DNA of 38,576 nucleotides from a virus: IMG/VR virus record IMGVR_UViG_3300045988_131186, positions 1 to 38,576 of that record; one strand, 5' to 3'. Shown piece by piece: positions 31,065 to 38,576 of this stretch (position 1 is its first letter; each line of letters starts with the position of its first letter). The notes under the pieces were generated by a model. It saw only the letters and a program-made list of their open reading frames with translations, ran no database searches and was not told where the DNA came from. The position numbers and the translations under genes were made by a program.

Positions 31065-34043
31065 ATGGCGGTAACCGTAGAAGAGCTTGAGATCATCGTC
31101 AAGGCGAAGGCGGACGAGGCTCTTCCAATACTGGAAAAAGTGCAGGCAAAGCTGAATGAGATCATGAAGAAATCTCTGCCTGGGCTGCAGCAGGCCGCCG
31201 GTACGGCCGCCGCTGTAACGGAAAAGGCGGTAAAGAATGTCGAAAAGCCTGTGAAGGAGGCCGCGGAGGCGCTGGAGACAGTTTCTTCTAAGAGCGTTTC
31301 TGCGGGAAAATCGGTCGGCAAATCGTTTGCAGCGGCACAGAAAAGCCTTGCCAAAACGGAAGCCGAAATCGATGCTGTAAACGCTGCACTGGATAGGATA
31401 CGAACCGAAAAGCGCGACAACTATATCCCGGAAGGAGCACCCAATCAGCAATATGTATTGGAGAGTCTTCTGGCACAGGACAAAGAATACCAGAAATTAC
31501 TTCAGCGCAGCGATGAACTCGTGCACCTATGGGATAGACAAAACACGGAGCTTGAGCGCCAGAAAAAATTGCTGGAAGAATCCAGACGCAAGCAGGATGA
31601 GATTGCAACCCAGCAAGCGAAAAATACCGCTCCATCTCCGAAGCGCTCGTCTTCTTTGGCACGTCCGGTCAACGCAGATTATATTTCTCCTGATACATAT
31701 GGAACGGAATATGAATCTCTCGTAAATGCAGTAAATAAGGCCAATTATGCTTTGGAGGCGCAGCGGCAGAAATATGCGGCTCTGCGAGCCGAAAGAACGG
31801 CGCTTTTGAGCATGGCAACCAACGAAGCCAGTGCAAACGGCAGGCCATCTCCTGAAACTTTGGCCCGCATTGATGATTGCACGGCCCGCCTGGAACGCGA
31901 GCGCCTTGCACTGGACCAGGTATCTGCATCGGCACGCAATGCCGAAACTGCATTAGATTCAGCTCTTGGTGAAAACGACACAGAGAGCTGGAGTGAAAAA
32001 GCGCACGCGGCGCTCAATACAGTGAAACAAGGGCTGCTGAACATTGGAAAGACGTCCGCTGGCATGGCAGTTGGCGGTGTAAAAACGCTTTTCTCAAAAT
32101 TATTTGGCTGGTGCAAAAAAGGCGTTTCCATGCTGGGGAAACTGGGAAAATCGGTTCTTGGGTTCCGTTCAGGCATGAAAAAAGCAAACGGCGGCGTCCA
32201 GAGCTTCGGCACCCGCCTGCGCAGCATCGTGTCCGGCGCTCTGATTTTTAACGGGATATCCGCAGCTCTGCGGAAAATGACCGAATACCTGAAAAGCGCC
32301 ATTTTGAGCACGCAGCAGATGCGCGGCGCCATGGGCAACTTGAAAGGCGCGGCGTCTGTCGCGGCGGCGCCCATTATACAAACCCTCACGCCCGCACTGT
32401 CGGCGCTGGCAAACGCCGCAGCAACGGTGTTTTCCTACATCGCAAAGCTTATCAGCCTGCTGACGGGAAAGAGCATCAGCAGTATGAAATCCGCTGCGAA
32501 ATCCATGTACAGCTACGGAAGTGCGGCAGGGAGTGCGGCCAAGGACGTAAAGGACCTGCAAAAGGCCAATAACACACTCGGCTTTGACGAATTGAACGTG
32601 ATCGACACGGGCAAGGAGGACGACGCTTCAAGCGGCGGTGGTAGTGGCGCGGATGAAATACTTCCGAACTTCGATTTTGAAGGGAAATCCACACTGCTCG
32701 ACCAGGTGCTCGAGGCCATAAAGGGTGGAGACTGGGAAGGGGCCGGGGCTATTCTCGCGGAGGAGGCCAACAGCATTCTGGACAGTTTCGACGCCAACGG
32801 CTGGGGGAAAAGGTTCGGGAAGAAACTGCAGAACGGCATCTCTTTCGCGTATGGGCTTATCACCACATTCGGCTGGAACAGTCTGGGCGCGAAACTGGCC
32901 GGGCTTGTCAACGGTACGCTGAGCCAAGTGGACGGCGCACAGATCGGCGCGCTTCTCGTTTCAAAATTCACGATTGCCATCCGCACGCTGGGCACTTTCC
33001 TGGCCACGCTGGATTGGGCGCAGCTGGGGCAGGTCCTGAGCAACGGAATCATCGGCGCATGCAATGCGCTTGTCGATGCGATTCACAGCGTAGACTGGAA
33101 AGCCATAGGAACCGGCATAAAAGATATGCTGTGCAATATCGACTGGCCGGGTGTGTTTTACGCGGTAGGTTCGGTCATCGGTGCAGGTTTCGGCGCACTG
33201 TGGGGCGTTATCCAGGGCGCGCTTTCAGATTTGTGGGACTGGATCAAAGAGCAGTTCTTCGCAGGATTCGACCAATTCGTGACTGGCGAAGGAAATCCGG
33301 AAGAGCTCGGCGTTCAGCTCATCACCGGCCTGCTCAATGGCATTTGGAGCGTTATAAAAGGCATCTGGGACTGGATATACAAAAACATCTTCAAGCCGAT
33401 TGAGGACGGAATCGCAGACGCCTTTGACATGCACAGCCCGAGCCGTGTGGCCGAGGGCTGGGGCAGAAATATCATGCTCGGAATGTTGAACGGCTTAACG
33501 GCTATCTGGACAAAAATTACGGTATGGCTGGACAATATCAGGAACGGATTTATTTCCGTATGGGAGGGCATCAAAAACGCCTTACGCCCTATCGTCAACG
33601 GCATCATCGGGTTTATGAACGGGATGATTTCCGGCGTCGTGAGCGGGATGAACGCAGTGATAGACGTGCTCAACCACCTGAATGTGCATATCCCGGATTG
33701 GGTTCCGCTATTCGGCGGAAAAAGCATCGGATTTTCCATTACTCCCATTACCGCGCAGCAGATCCCATTGCTGGCTACCGGCGCAGTTCTGAAGGAACCG
33801 ACGCTCTTCGCAGGCGGCGAATACCCGGGGGCGAACAATAACCCGGAGATCGTTGCGCCGGAGAGCCGGATGAAGCAGGCTTTTCTGGAAGCATTGGATT
33901 CGGAGGAGGCTAAGGGATTCGGCGGGGACGTCGTTGTGAATGTCACCGAAGAAATCGACGGAGAAGTGCTCTACCGCAACCAGCACCGAATCAGAATGAA
34001 CCGTGGAGCATCTGTAGGCGGCGTATTCTCAGAAGCATATTAA
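31065..34043 (+). CDS. Tape measure protein
   Basis: 992 aa. N-terminal coiled coils, central Gly/Ala-rich hydrophobic segments and repeated W/G-rich motifs. It is the largest gene in the tail module. Confidence 0.9.
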   Translation: MAVTVEELEIIVKAKADEALPILEKVQAKLNEIMKKSLPGLQQAAGTAAAVTEKAVKNVEKPVKEAAEALETVSSKSVSAGKSVGKSFAAAQKSLAKTEAEIDAVNAALDRIRTEKRDNYIPEGAPNQQYVLESLLAQDKEYQKLLQRSDELVHLWDRQNTELERQKKLLEESRRKQDEIATQQAKNTAPSPKRSSSLARPVNADYISPDTYGTEYESLVNAVNKANYALEAQRQKYAALRAERTALLSMATNEASANGRPSPETLARIDDCTARLERERLALDQVSASARNAETALDSALGENDTESWSEKAHAALNTVKQGLLNIGKTSAGMAVGGVKTLFSKLFGWCKKGVSMLGKLGKSVLGFRSGMKKANGGVQSFGTRLRSIVSGALIFNGISAALRKMTEYLKSAILSTQQMRGAMGNLKGAASVAAAPIIQTLTPALSALANAAATVFSYIAKLISLLTGKSISSMKSAAKSMYSYGSAAGSAAKDVKDLQKANNTLGFDELNVIDTGKEDDASSGGGSGADEILPNFDFEGKSTLLDQVLEAIKGGDWEGAGAILAEEANSILDSFDANGWGKRFGKKLQNGISFAYGLITTFGWNSLGAKLAGLVNGTLSQVDGAQIGALLVSKFTIAIRTLGTFLATLDWAQLGQVLSNGIIGACNALVDAIHSVDWKAIGTGIKDMLCNIDWPGVFYAVGSVIGAGFGALWGVIQGALSDLWDWIKEQFFAGFDQFVTGEGNPEELGVQLITGLLNGIWSVIKGIWDWIYKNIFKPIEDGIADAFDMHSPSRVAEGWGRNIMLGMLNGLTAIWTKITVWLDNIRNGFISVWEGIKNALRPIVNGIIGFMNGMISGVVSGMNAVIDVLNHLNVHIPDWVPLFGGKSIGFSITPITAQQIPLLATGAVLKEPTLFAGGEYPGANNNPEIVAPESRMKQAFLEALDSEEAKGFGGDVVVNVTEEIDGEVLYRNQHRIRMNRGASVGGVFSEAY

Positions 34044-34048
34044 GGGGG

Positions 34049-34486
34049 ATGGACAATAAAATGGGAGAAAAAACAGGATATATCTATCTTGGCTCATCAC
34101 CAGCGACGGATCGTGAGAATTATGCGATTATGGTGCCTTACCCGGATGAGGGCAAGGCACCTTTTGAAACCTCACGCATGGTGGACAGTGCTCGCAATGC
34201 AAACGGTGAGGTAGTGGGCCGGATGGTCGGTCGCAGCGTCCACAAGCAAAGTCTGGCCTGGTCCGTCATGCCGGCAGAAAAATGGTGGGAAATGAACCGC
34301 TGGTTTGAACAAGGGCATTTTACTTTCTACTGCCACTACTTCAACCACAACTTTGGCCAATGGGAAACGCGGCTTTTCTATTTGGGCGACGTGAAAACAA
34401 ATCCTTTCGTGGTGAGCACGGAAACAGGTGAACCGCGATTTTACCGCGACGCGTCGTTCAATGTCATTGACTGCGGGGTGGTGTGA
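34049..34486 (+). CDS. Putative distal tail protein (small Dit-like)
   Basis: 145 aa. RBS aaggggg. The call rests only on its position directly after the tape-measure gene. Confidence 0.4.
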   Translation: MDNKMGEKTGYIYLGSSPATDRENYAIMVPYPDEGKAPFETSRMVDSARNANGEVVGRMVGRSVHKQSLAWSVMPAEKWWEMNRWFEQGHFTFYCHYFNHNFGQWETRLFYLGDVKTNPFVVSTETGEPRFYRDASFNVIDCGVV

Positions 34487-36400
34487 TTGCAAAAGACATC
34501 ATCGTTGTACCAGGCGGCGGTGCAGGAGCAGATCGCGCCGCAGGGATACATCCGCATCACCTTCGGCCTGACGGACACCGACGCGGCCGCGACCTGCGCG
34601 CCGCCGGAAACGACGCCGGGCGCATTCTACTCGCGCCCAGACACGATGCTGCTGGAGGACGGCACGCCGCGTGCAACCTACGCCACCTTTGAGCCGGGGC
34701 GCATGCTTGCCGACGGCTCGCAGTTGATCCCGCCCAAACCCGGCTCCGCCGACCTACGGCCCGAGGGGGTTGTGTCTGCGGCGCTTTGCGGCGCGGACGG
34801 CGCTTTTGCTGCGGAGGACGTTCCGGGCATTGTGCTGACGTTTTCCAAAATGCACACCGTGCCCGGTTTAACATTCACATTTGACCCGACCTGCGGGGAC
34901 TGGCCCGAGGAAATGCACCTGACGGCCAGCCGGGAGGGAGCCGTATTTTTCACGGCGGATTACACGCCGGACGCGGCCGTATACACCACGCCCGACGCCA
35001 TCGAGCGCTTTGACGCGCTGGCGTTCACATTCCCGCGCATGACAAGGCCGTACCGCCGCATGCGGCTGCAGCAGCTGATGTTCGGCTTCGGTCTTGTGTT
35101 TGACAACAAGCTGGTACAGAATGCAACGCACAAACTGGATGTGGACCCCATTTCCCGCCGCCTGCCCACAAGTTCGTTTGATTTTACGATCGTCAACATC
35201 AACACGCTGACGGGCACAGGCGGTCAATATCTCTACGACCCGGACAACGCCTCCGGCATCTACAAGTACATCTCCGAACAAAACCCGGTGAAGGTGGAGT
35301 ACGGCCAGTACCTTGCCGGGGGCATGACGTGGAAAGACGTTGCGGCGAACACTTGGGCGGAGCTGGAACTGAACGGCTGGCGCGAAGTGTACGAGGGCGG
35401 TGTGACGGAATGGGTGCCCGGCGGGCGGTACTACCTGACGGGCCAGCCCACAGTGGACGGGCTGTCGGCCAGTTTTAAGGCGCAGGACGCGCTTTCGGGG
35501 CTAGACGACACTTACTATAAAGGGGTATATGCTCCGGCCGGGCGCACCCTATACCAGCTTGCGCTGGATGTGCTGGAGGACAGCGGCCTTGCACCGTTCA
35601 GCGGCACCGCGCCGCCCTGGAAGCTGTGGGAGGGGCTCGCGGACTTCACAACCACCGCGCCCCTGCCCGTGAAAAAGCACAAGGAGCTGCTGCAGCTCAT
35701 CGCCCACGCGGCGTGCTGCGTGCTGTACACCGACCGGGAAGGGTATATCCGCATCGAGCCAGCCAACGACGTGCAGGACAATTTTAAATTGGATTTCCAC
35801 ACGATGCTGGCACGTCCCAAGGTGAGCCAGATCCCCACGCTATGGGCCGTGGAGTGCCCGGCGTATACTTACGCGCCAGAGGCAGCAGCCAGTGAGCTAC
35901 ACAAGGAAAGCTATACCGTAAACGGCACGCTGGAACTCCATCTGACCTTTTCGCAGGCGGCGGACGTGACGGTGGATGTGACGGGGGCCACGGTGGCCGC
36001 AAAGGCCGTTTTTGCGGCTGCGGCGGATTTGACGCTTACCGGGAGCGGCGAGACCGTTGTGACGGTTACAGGGCGCAAGCTGGAAAGCAGCGCCCGCACC
36101 GTGACGGCACCCGTGGAAAGCCCGGACGAAAACGGCAGCGTGGAGACGCTGGACAACCCGCTCATTACCGACGCCGCGCATGCGCTTGCGGTGGCTGAAT
36201 GGGTACGGGACTGGCTGCTTTTGCGCAATACCTACGAATTTGAGTATCGGGGCAGCCCGGAGCTGGACCCCGGAGACCTGATCTGGCTGGAAAGCCAGTT
36301 CGCGCCTTTCGCCGCGCCGGCGCGCGTACTCAAAAATGAACTGGCGTTTGACGGCGGGCTGAAAGGAAAAATGATTGCAAAAAGGATGGTGGAAGAATGA
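34487..36400 (+). CDS. Tail-associated (Tal-like) baseplate / tail tip protein
   Basis: 637 aa with a TTG start abutting the previous stop. Assigned from position and size. No enzymatic motif recognised. Confidence 0.55.
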   Translation: MQKTSSLYQAAVQEQIAPQGYIRITFGLTDTDAAATCAPPETTPGAFYSRPDTMLLEDGTPRATYATFEPGRMLADGSQLIPPKPGSADLRPEGVVSAALCGADGAFAAEDVPGIVLTFSKMHTVPGLTFTFDPTCGDWPEEMHLTASREGAVFFTADYTPDAAVYTTPDAIERFDALAFTFPRMTRPYRRMRLQQLMFGFGLVFDNKLVQNATHKLDVDPISRRLPTSSFDFTIVNINTLTGTGGQYLYDPDNASGIYKYISEQNPVKVEYGQYLAGGMTWKDVAANTWAELELNGWREVYEGGVTEWVPGGRYYLTGQPTVDGLSASFKAQDALSGLDDTYYKGVYAPAGRTLYQLALDVLEDSGLAPFSGTAPPWKLWEGLADFTTTAPLPVKKHKELLQLIAHAACCVLYTDREGYIRIEPANDVQDNFKLDFHTMLARPKVSQIPTLWAVECPAYTYAPEAAASELHKESYTVNGTLELHLTFSQAADVTVDVTGATVAAKAVFAAAADLTLTGSGETVVTVTGRKLESSARTVTAPVESPDENGSVETLDNPLITDAAHALAVAEWVRDWLLLRNTYEFEYRGSPELDPGDLIWLESQFAPFAAPARVLKNELAFDGGLKGKMIAKRMVEE

Positions 36401-38274
36401 GACGCAGCAAATACTACAACATGCGCTTGCCGGAGCGCGGCGCACGGGAGGGCGAGGCAAACGATGCGGCGGATATCGAGGATCTGACCTATGATCTTGA
36501 AATAATCGACAAAGAAATGGAGCGCCAGCGTCTGGAAGATGTGCGGATGGAAAAGGAAAAAGCCACAAAGCTGGAATTGTCGCAGCATAAATCCGCCGCC
36601 GTGCTGGACCACCCGGATAACAGTGTCACGGACGCAAAGCTCGGACAGCGCACGGTACTGACGACCAGCGGCCCGTTGCAAACGCTGCTGACGGCCATCG
36701 GCAACGCAATCAAGGCCATCAGCGGTGCGGACACATGGAATGGCACGCCCGCCACCACGCTGACGGCGGCAAGGGCACATATGGACAGCAAGAGTAATCC
36801 GCACGGTGTGACAAAGACACAGGTTGGGCTTGGAAATGCGGACAATACCAGCGATGCAAACAAACCCGTAAGCACCGCACAGGCCGCAGCCATCAAAGTG
36901 GTGCAGGATGACGTGAATGCGCACAAGAGCGATACATCAAATCCACATGCTGTTACCAAGGCACAGGTTGGGCTTGGCAGTGTGTCGAATGTTCCCACGA
37001 ACGACCAGACGCCCACCTATACCGCCGCATCTGCGCCGGCGGCTCTGGCCAGTGGTGAAAAGCTCTCTGTGGCCTTTGGAAAGCTGGCCGCATCGGTGTC
37101 GGCGCTCATCGCACATCTGGCGGACGGTGTGAAGCATATCACCGCCGCCGAACGCACGAAATGGAACGGGGCTGTTGACGCCCAGCACAGCCATATCAAT
37201 AAGGCCTTGCTGGATACCTACACGCAAACCGAGGCGAACCTTGCGGCGGCGGTAACAGCCAAACACAGCCATTCCAATAAAAATGCGCTGGACGGCATTA
37301 CAGCGGCGATGGTGACTACCTGGAACACGGTGAGCAGCAAGCTGCCACTGGCGGGCGGCACGTTGACGGGTTTTCTTACGCTACATGCAGCACCTACAGC
37401 CAACATGCACGCGGCTACAAAAAAGTATGTGGATGACAAAATGGCGGCTTCCGGCAGCGGCGACATGCTGAAGAGCGTATATGACACCAACGAGGACGGC
37501 GTAGTAGATAAAGCTGAGACTGTTCCATGGTCGGGCGTGACGGGAAAACCATCGACATTCCCGCCGTCAACGCACACACATACAAAAAACCAGATCACGG
37601 ATTTTCCCGCGTCTTTGAAGAATCCCAACGCGCTGACCATCAGCCTGAACGGAACCAGCCAGGGCGCCTATGACGGAAGCGCGGCAAAATCCATCAATAT
37701 TACTGCGGCCGGCGTGGGGGCTTTGCCGAGCGAGGGGACAGCCGCAGACGCAAACAAACTGGGTGGACATTCTCCCCAATGGTGGATGCCCACGGGCATG
37801 GTTGTGCCATATGCAGGCGCTGCCGCTCCTGATGGCTGGCTGCTTTGCCAAGGGCAAGCGGTCTCCCGCACCACCTATGCACAGCTCTTTTCTGTTATCG
37901 GTACAACCTACGGTTCCGGTGACGGATCTACCACTTTCAACCTCCCCGACATGCGCGGTCGTGTGGCGGTAGGTTCCGATGCTAATTTAGGTGCGAAAGC
38001 AGGCGCAAAAACTCACGCTCTCACGAATGCAGAATTGCCCGTGCTGAGCGGGGCCATCGTTATGCACAGTTCAAATGTGGGGACGAATATTCAGACAGTA
38101 AATGGAGTGTTTAAGCCAGCAATCACAAACAATGGGAAATATCGTGGCGGTGGCGAACTGGTGAGCGATGTCGGGACTAGTTCTGTCGGCCATTTTTCGT
38201 TAAACATAGGCGGAGGACAGGCTATGTCACTGACTCAGCCGTCGTTATATCTTAATTATTTGATTAAGGTATAA
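36397..38274 (+). CDS. Tail fibre protein with a phage tail-collar domain; its C-terminal 93 codons lie in the invertible segment
   Basis: 625 aa. ATGA overlap with the previous gene. Fibre repeats SNPH(G/A)VTK(T/A)QVGLG (2 copies) and KHSHxNK. Collar motif MVVPYAGAAAPDGWLLCQGQAVSRTTYAQLFSVIGTTYGSGDGSTTFNLPDMRGR. C-terminal QPSLYLNYLIKV. Confidence 0.85.
   Translation: MRRSKYYNMRLPERGAREGEANDAADIEDLTYDLEIIDKEMERQRLEDVRMEKEKATKLELSQHKSAAVLDHPDNSVTDAKLGQRTVLTTSGPLQTLLTAIGNAIKAISGADTWNGTPATTLTAARAHMDSKSNPHGVTKTQVGLGNADNTSDANKPVSTAQAAAIKVVQDDVNAHKSDTSNPHAVTKAQVGLGSVSNVPTNDQTPTYTAASAPAALASGEKLSVAFGKLAASVSALIAHLADGVKHITAAERTKWNGAVDAQHSHINKALLDTYTQTEANLAAAVTAKHSHSNKNALDGITAAMVTTWNTVSSKLPLAGGTLTGFLTLHAAPTANMHAATKKYVDDKMAASGSGDMLKSVYDTNEDGVVDKAETVPWSGVTGKPSTFPPSTHTHTKNQITDFPASLKNPNALTISLNGTSQGAYDGSAAKSINITAAGVGALPSEGTAADANKLGGHSPQWWMPTGMVVPYAGAAAPDGWLLCQGQAVSRTTYAQLFSVIGTTYGSGDGSTTFNLPDMRGRVAVGSDANLGAKAGAKTHALTNAELPVLSGAIVMHSSNVGTNIQTVNGVFKPAITNNGKYRGGGELVSDVGTSSVGHFSLNIGGGQAMSLTQPSLYLNYLIKV
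37974..37995 (+). repeat. Inverted repeat IR-L (22 bp, ttccgatgctaatttaggtgcg) inside the tail-fibre CDS
   Basis: Perfect reverse complement of 38470-38491. Encodes SDANLGA in frame. Has a central mini-dyad ctaa-t-ttag. Confidence 0.95.
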
Positions 38275-38469
38275 GCTTGGTTGACGGTTTTCGTGAGCTG
38301 CACCGTTTCCCGAAGAACCTGTGGTGACGGCCCCGGCAGGCTCTTGACGCACTTGAAAGCTATTACTTCCCTCTTGAGTGCCCATTAGGTTTTTATAATC
38401 AATTAAAGTCGTGTGGTTATGAGGTCCATTTTGCGCGGCTGTCAGGCTGACTGATTGAACACCTGCGGC
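38245..38469 (-). other. Silent alternative tail-fibre C-terminal cassette (75 codons beyond IR-R)
   Basis: The - strand frame runs in phase out of IR-R: (SDANLGA)AAGVQSVSLTAAQNGPHNHTTLIDYKNLMG...AAHENRQPSLYLNQIIKI. It carries collar-domain hallmarks (PHNH, HENRQP..LN.IIK). It has no ATG or RBS of its own; the track's start is a TTG just beyond IR-R. Confidence 0.75.
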
Positions 38470-38491
38470 CGCACCTAAATTAGCATCGGAA
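38470..38491 (-). repeat. Inverted repeat IR-R (22 bp), reverse complement of IR-L
   Basis: cgcacctaaattagcatcggaa. It ends 48 bp upstream of the recombinase ATG (38540, equivalent to 63). Its distal 14 bp also appear at window positions 1-14. Confidence 0.95.
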
Positions 38492-38576
38492 GCAAACAGC
38501 CTGTACAATAGCAGTAAAAGCTATTGGGAGGGCTGTAAAATGGCAAGCAAGAAAGGCAAGAAAAATTTAAAAAAAT
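38478..38576. repeat. Second copy of the 99-bp terminal overlap (identical to 1-99)
   Basis: Identical to the first 99 nt. Contains the first 37 nt of the recombinase CDS. Confidence 0.95.

Larger units (their letters stand above)
37974..38491. mobile_element. Putative invertible DNA segment (tail-fibre C-terminus switch)
   Basis: 22-bp perfect inverted repeats bracket two convergent alternative fibre 3' ends. A recombinase gene starts 48 bp beyond IR-R. Confidence 0.7.

Noticed and set aside
36397-38274. A diversity-generating retroelement (TR/VR pair plus reverse transcriptase) acting on the tail fibre
   Set aside because: No reverse-transcriptase-like ORF occurs anywhere in the genome. 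The only fibre-related repeat is the 22-bp inverted pair, not an A-mutated ~100-bp template repeat.
38245-38508. The minus-strand 87-aa ORF as an independent gene
   Set aside because: Its called start is a TTG just beyond IR-R, with no RBS. Its sequence is a paralogue of the tail-fibre C-terminus. It is better explained as a silent, invertible cassette.
38478-38576. The terminal 99-bp direct repeat as a biological DTR or cos end
   Set aside because: The two copies are exactly identical and cut through the recombinase CDS. This is typical of a k-mer overlap left by circular assembly. The terminase type gives no support for fixed 99-bp ends.
1-38576. CRISPR arrays, tRNA/tmRNA, rRNA or IS elements
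   Set aside because: Visual scanning found no regularly spaced direct repeats with unique spacers, no cloverleaf-compatible segments in the few intergenic gaps, and no transposase ORFs. tRNAscan-SE or Infernal would be needed for certainty.

Overview
The window is a complete, circularly assembled genome. It has about 38.48 kb of unique sequence, and bases 1-99 are identical to 38478-38576. It is a temperate, siphovirus-type tailed phage or prophage: it has a long tape-measure gene and no sheath gene. The host is probably a moderately GC-rich Firmicute (Clostridia-like), but this is inferred only from codon/RBS style and protein families.

Nearly all genes are on the + strand. The exception is a leftward lysogeny operon: XRE repressor, ImmA/IrrE protease, FtsK-Mrr fusion, large serine integrase.

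Circular gene order:
- early/replication-recombination module (10088-19610)
- late regulator and orphan DNA methyltransferase
- TerS, TerL, portal, MuF-like head protein
- scaffold, major capsid, head-tail joining genes, major tail protein
- G/GT chaperone, tape measure, Dit/Tal-like proteins, tail fibre
- tyrosine recombinase, further fibre-like genes
- M23 endolysin and holin

Most notable observations:
1. The last ~93 codons of the tail-fibre gene lie in a ~0.5 kb segment bounded by perfect 22-bp inverted repeats. The segment also carries a silent, oppositely oriented alternative C-terminus. It abuts a tyrosine recombinase rather than a Gin/Cin-type serine invertase, which suggests a shufflon-like host-range switch.
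2. A lysogen-expressed gene in an AT-richer island encodes an FtsK ATPase, an FtsK-gamma wHTH, an Mrr-type nuclease and a C-terminal membrane anchor in one protein. It is a candidate single-gene exclusion/defence system.
3. The MuF head protein has an AT-richer C-terminal extension with an HNHPTG (JAB/RadC-like) motif, followed by a small overlapping ORF. This resembles a toxin/effector plus immunity cassette.

I found no rRNA, tRNA, CRISPR array or reverse transcriptase. All family assignments come from motif recognition by eye, not from database searches.
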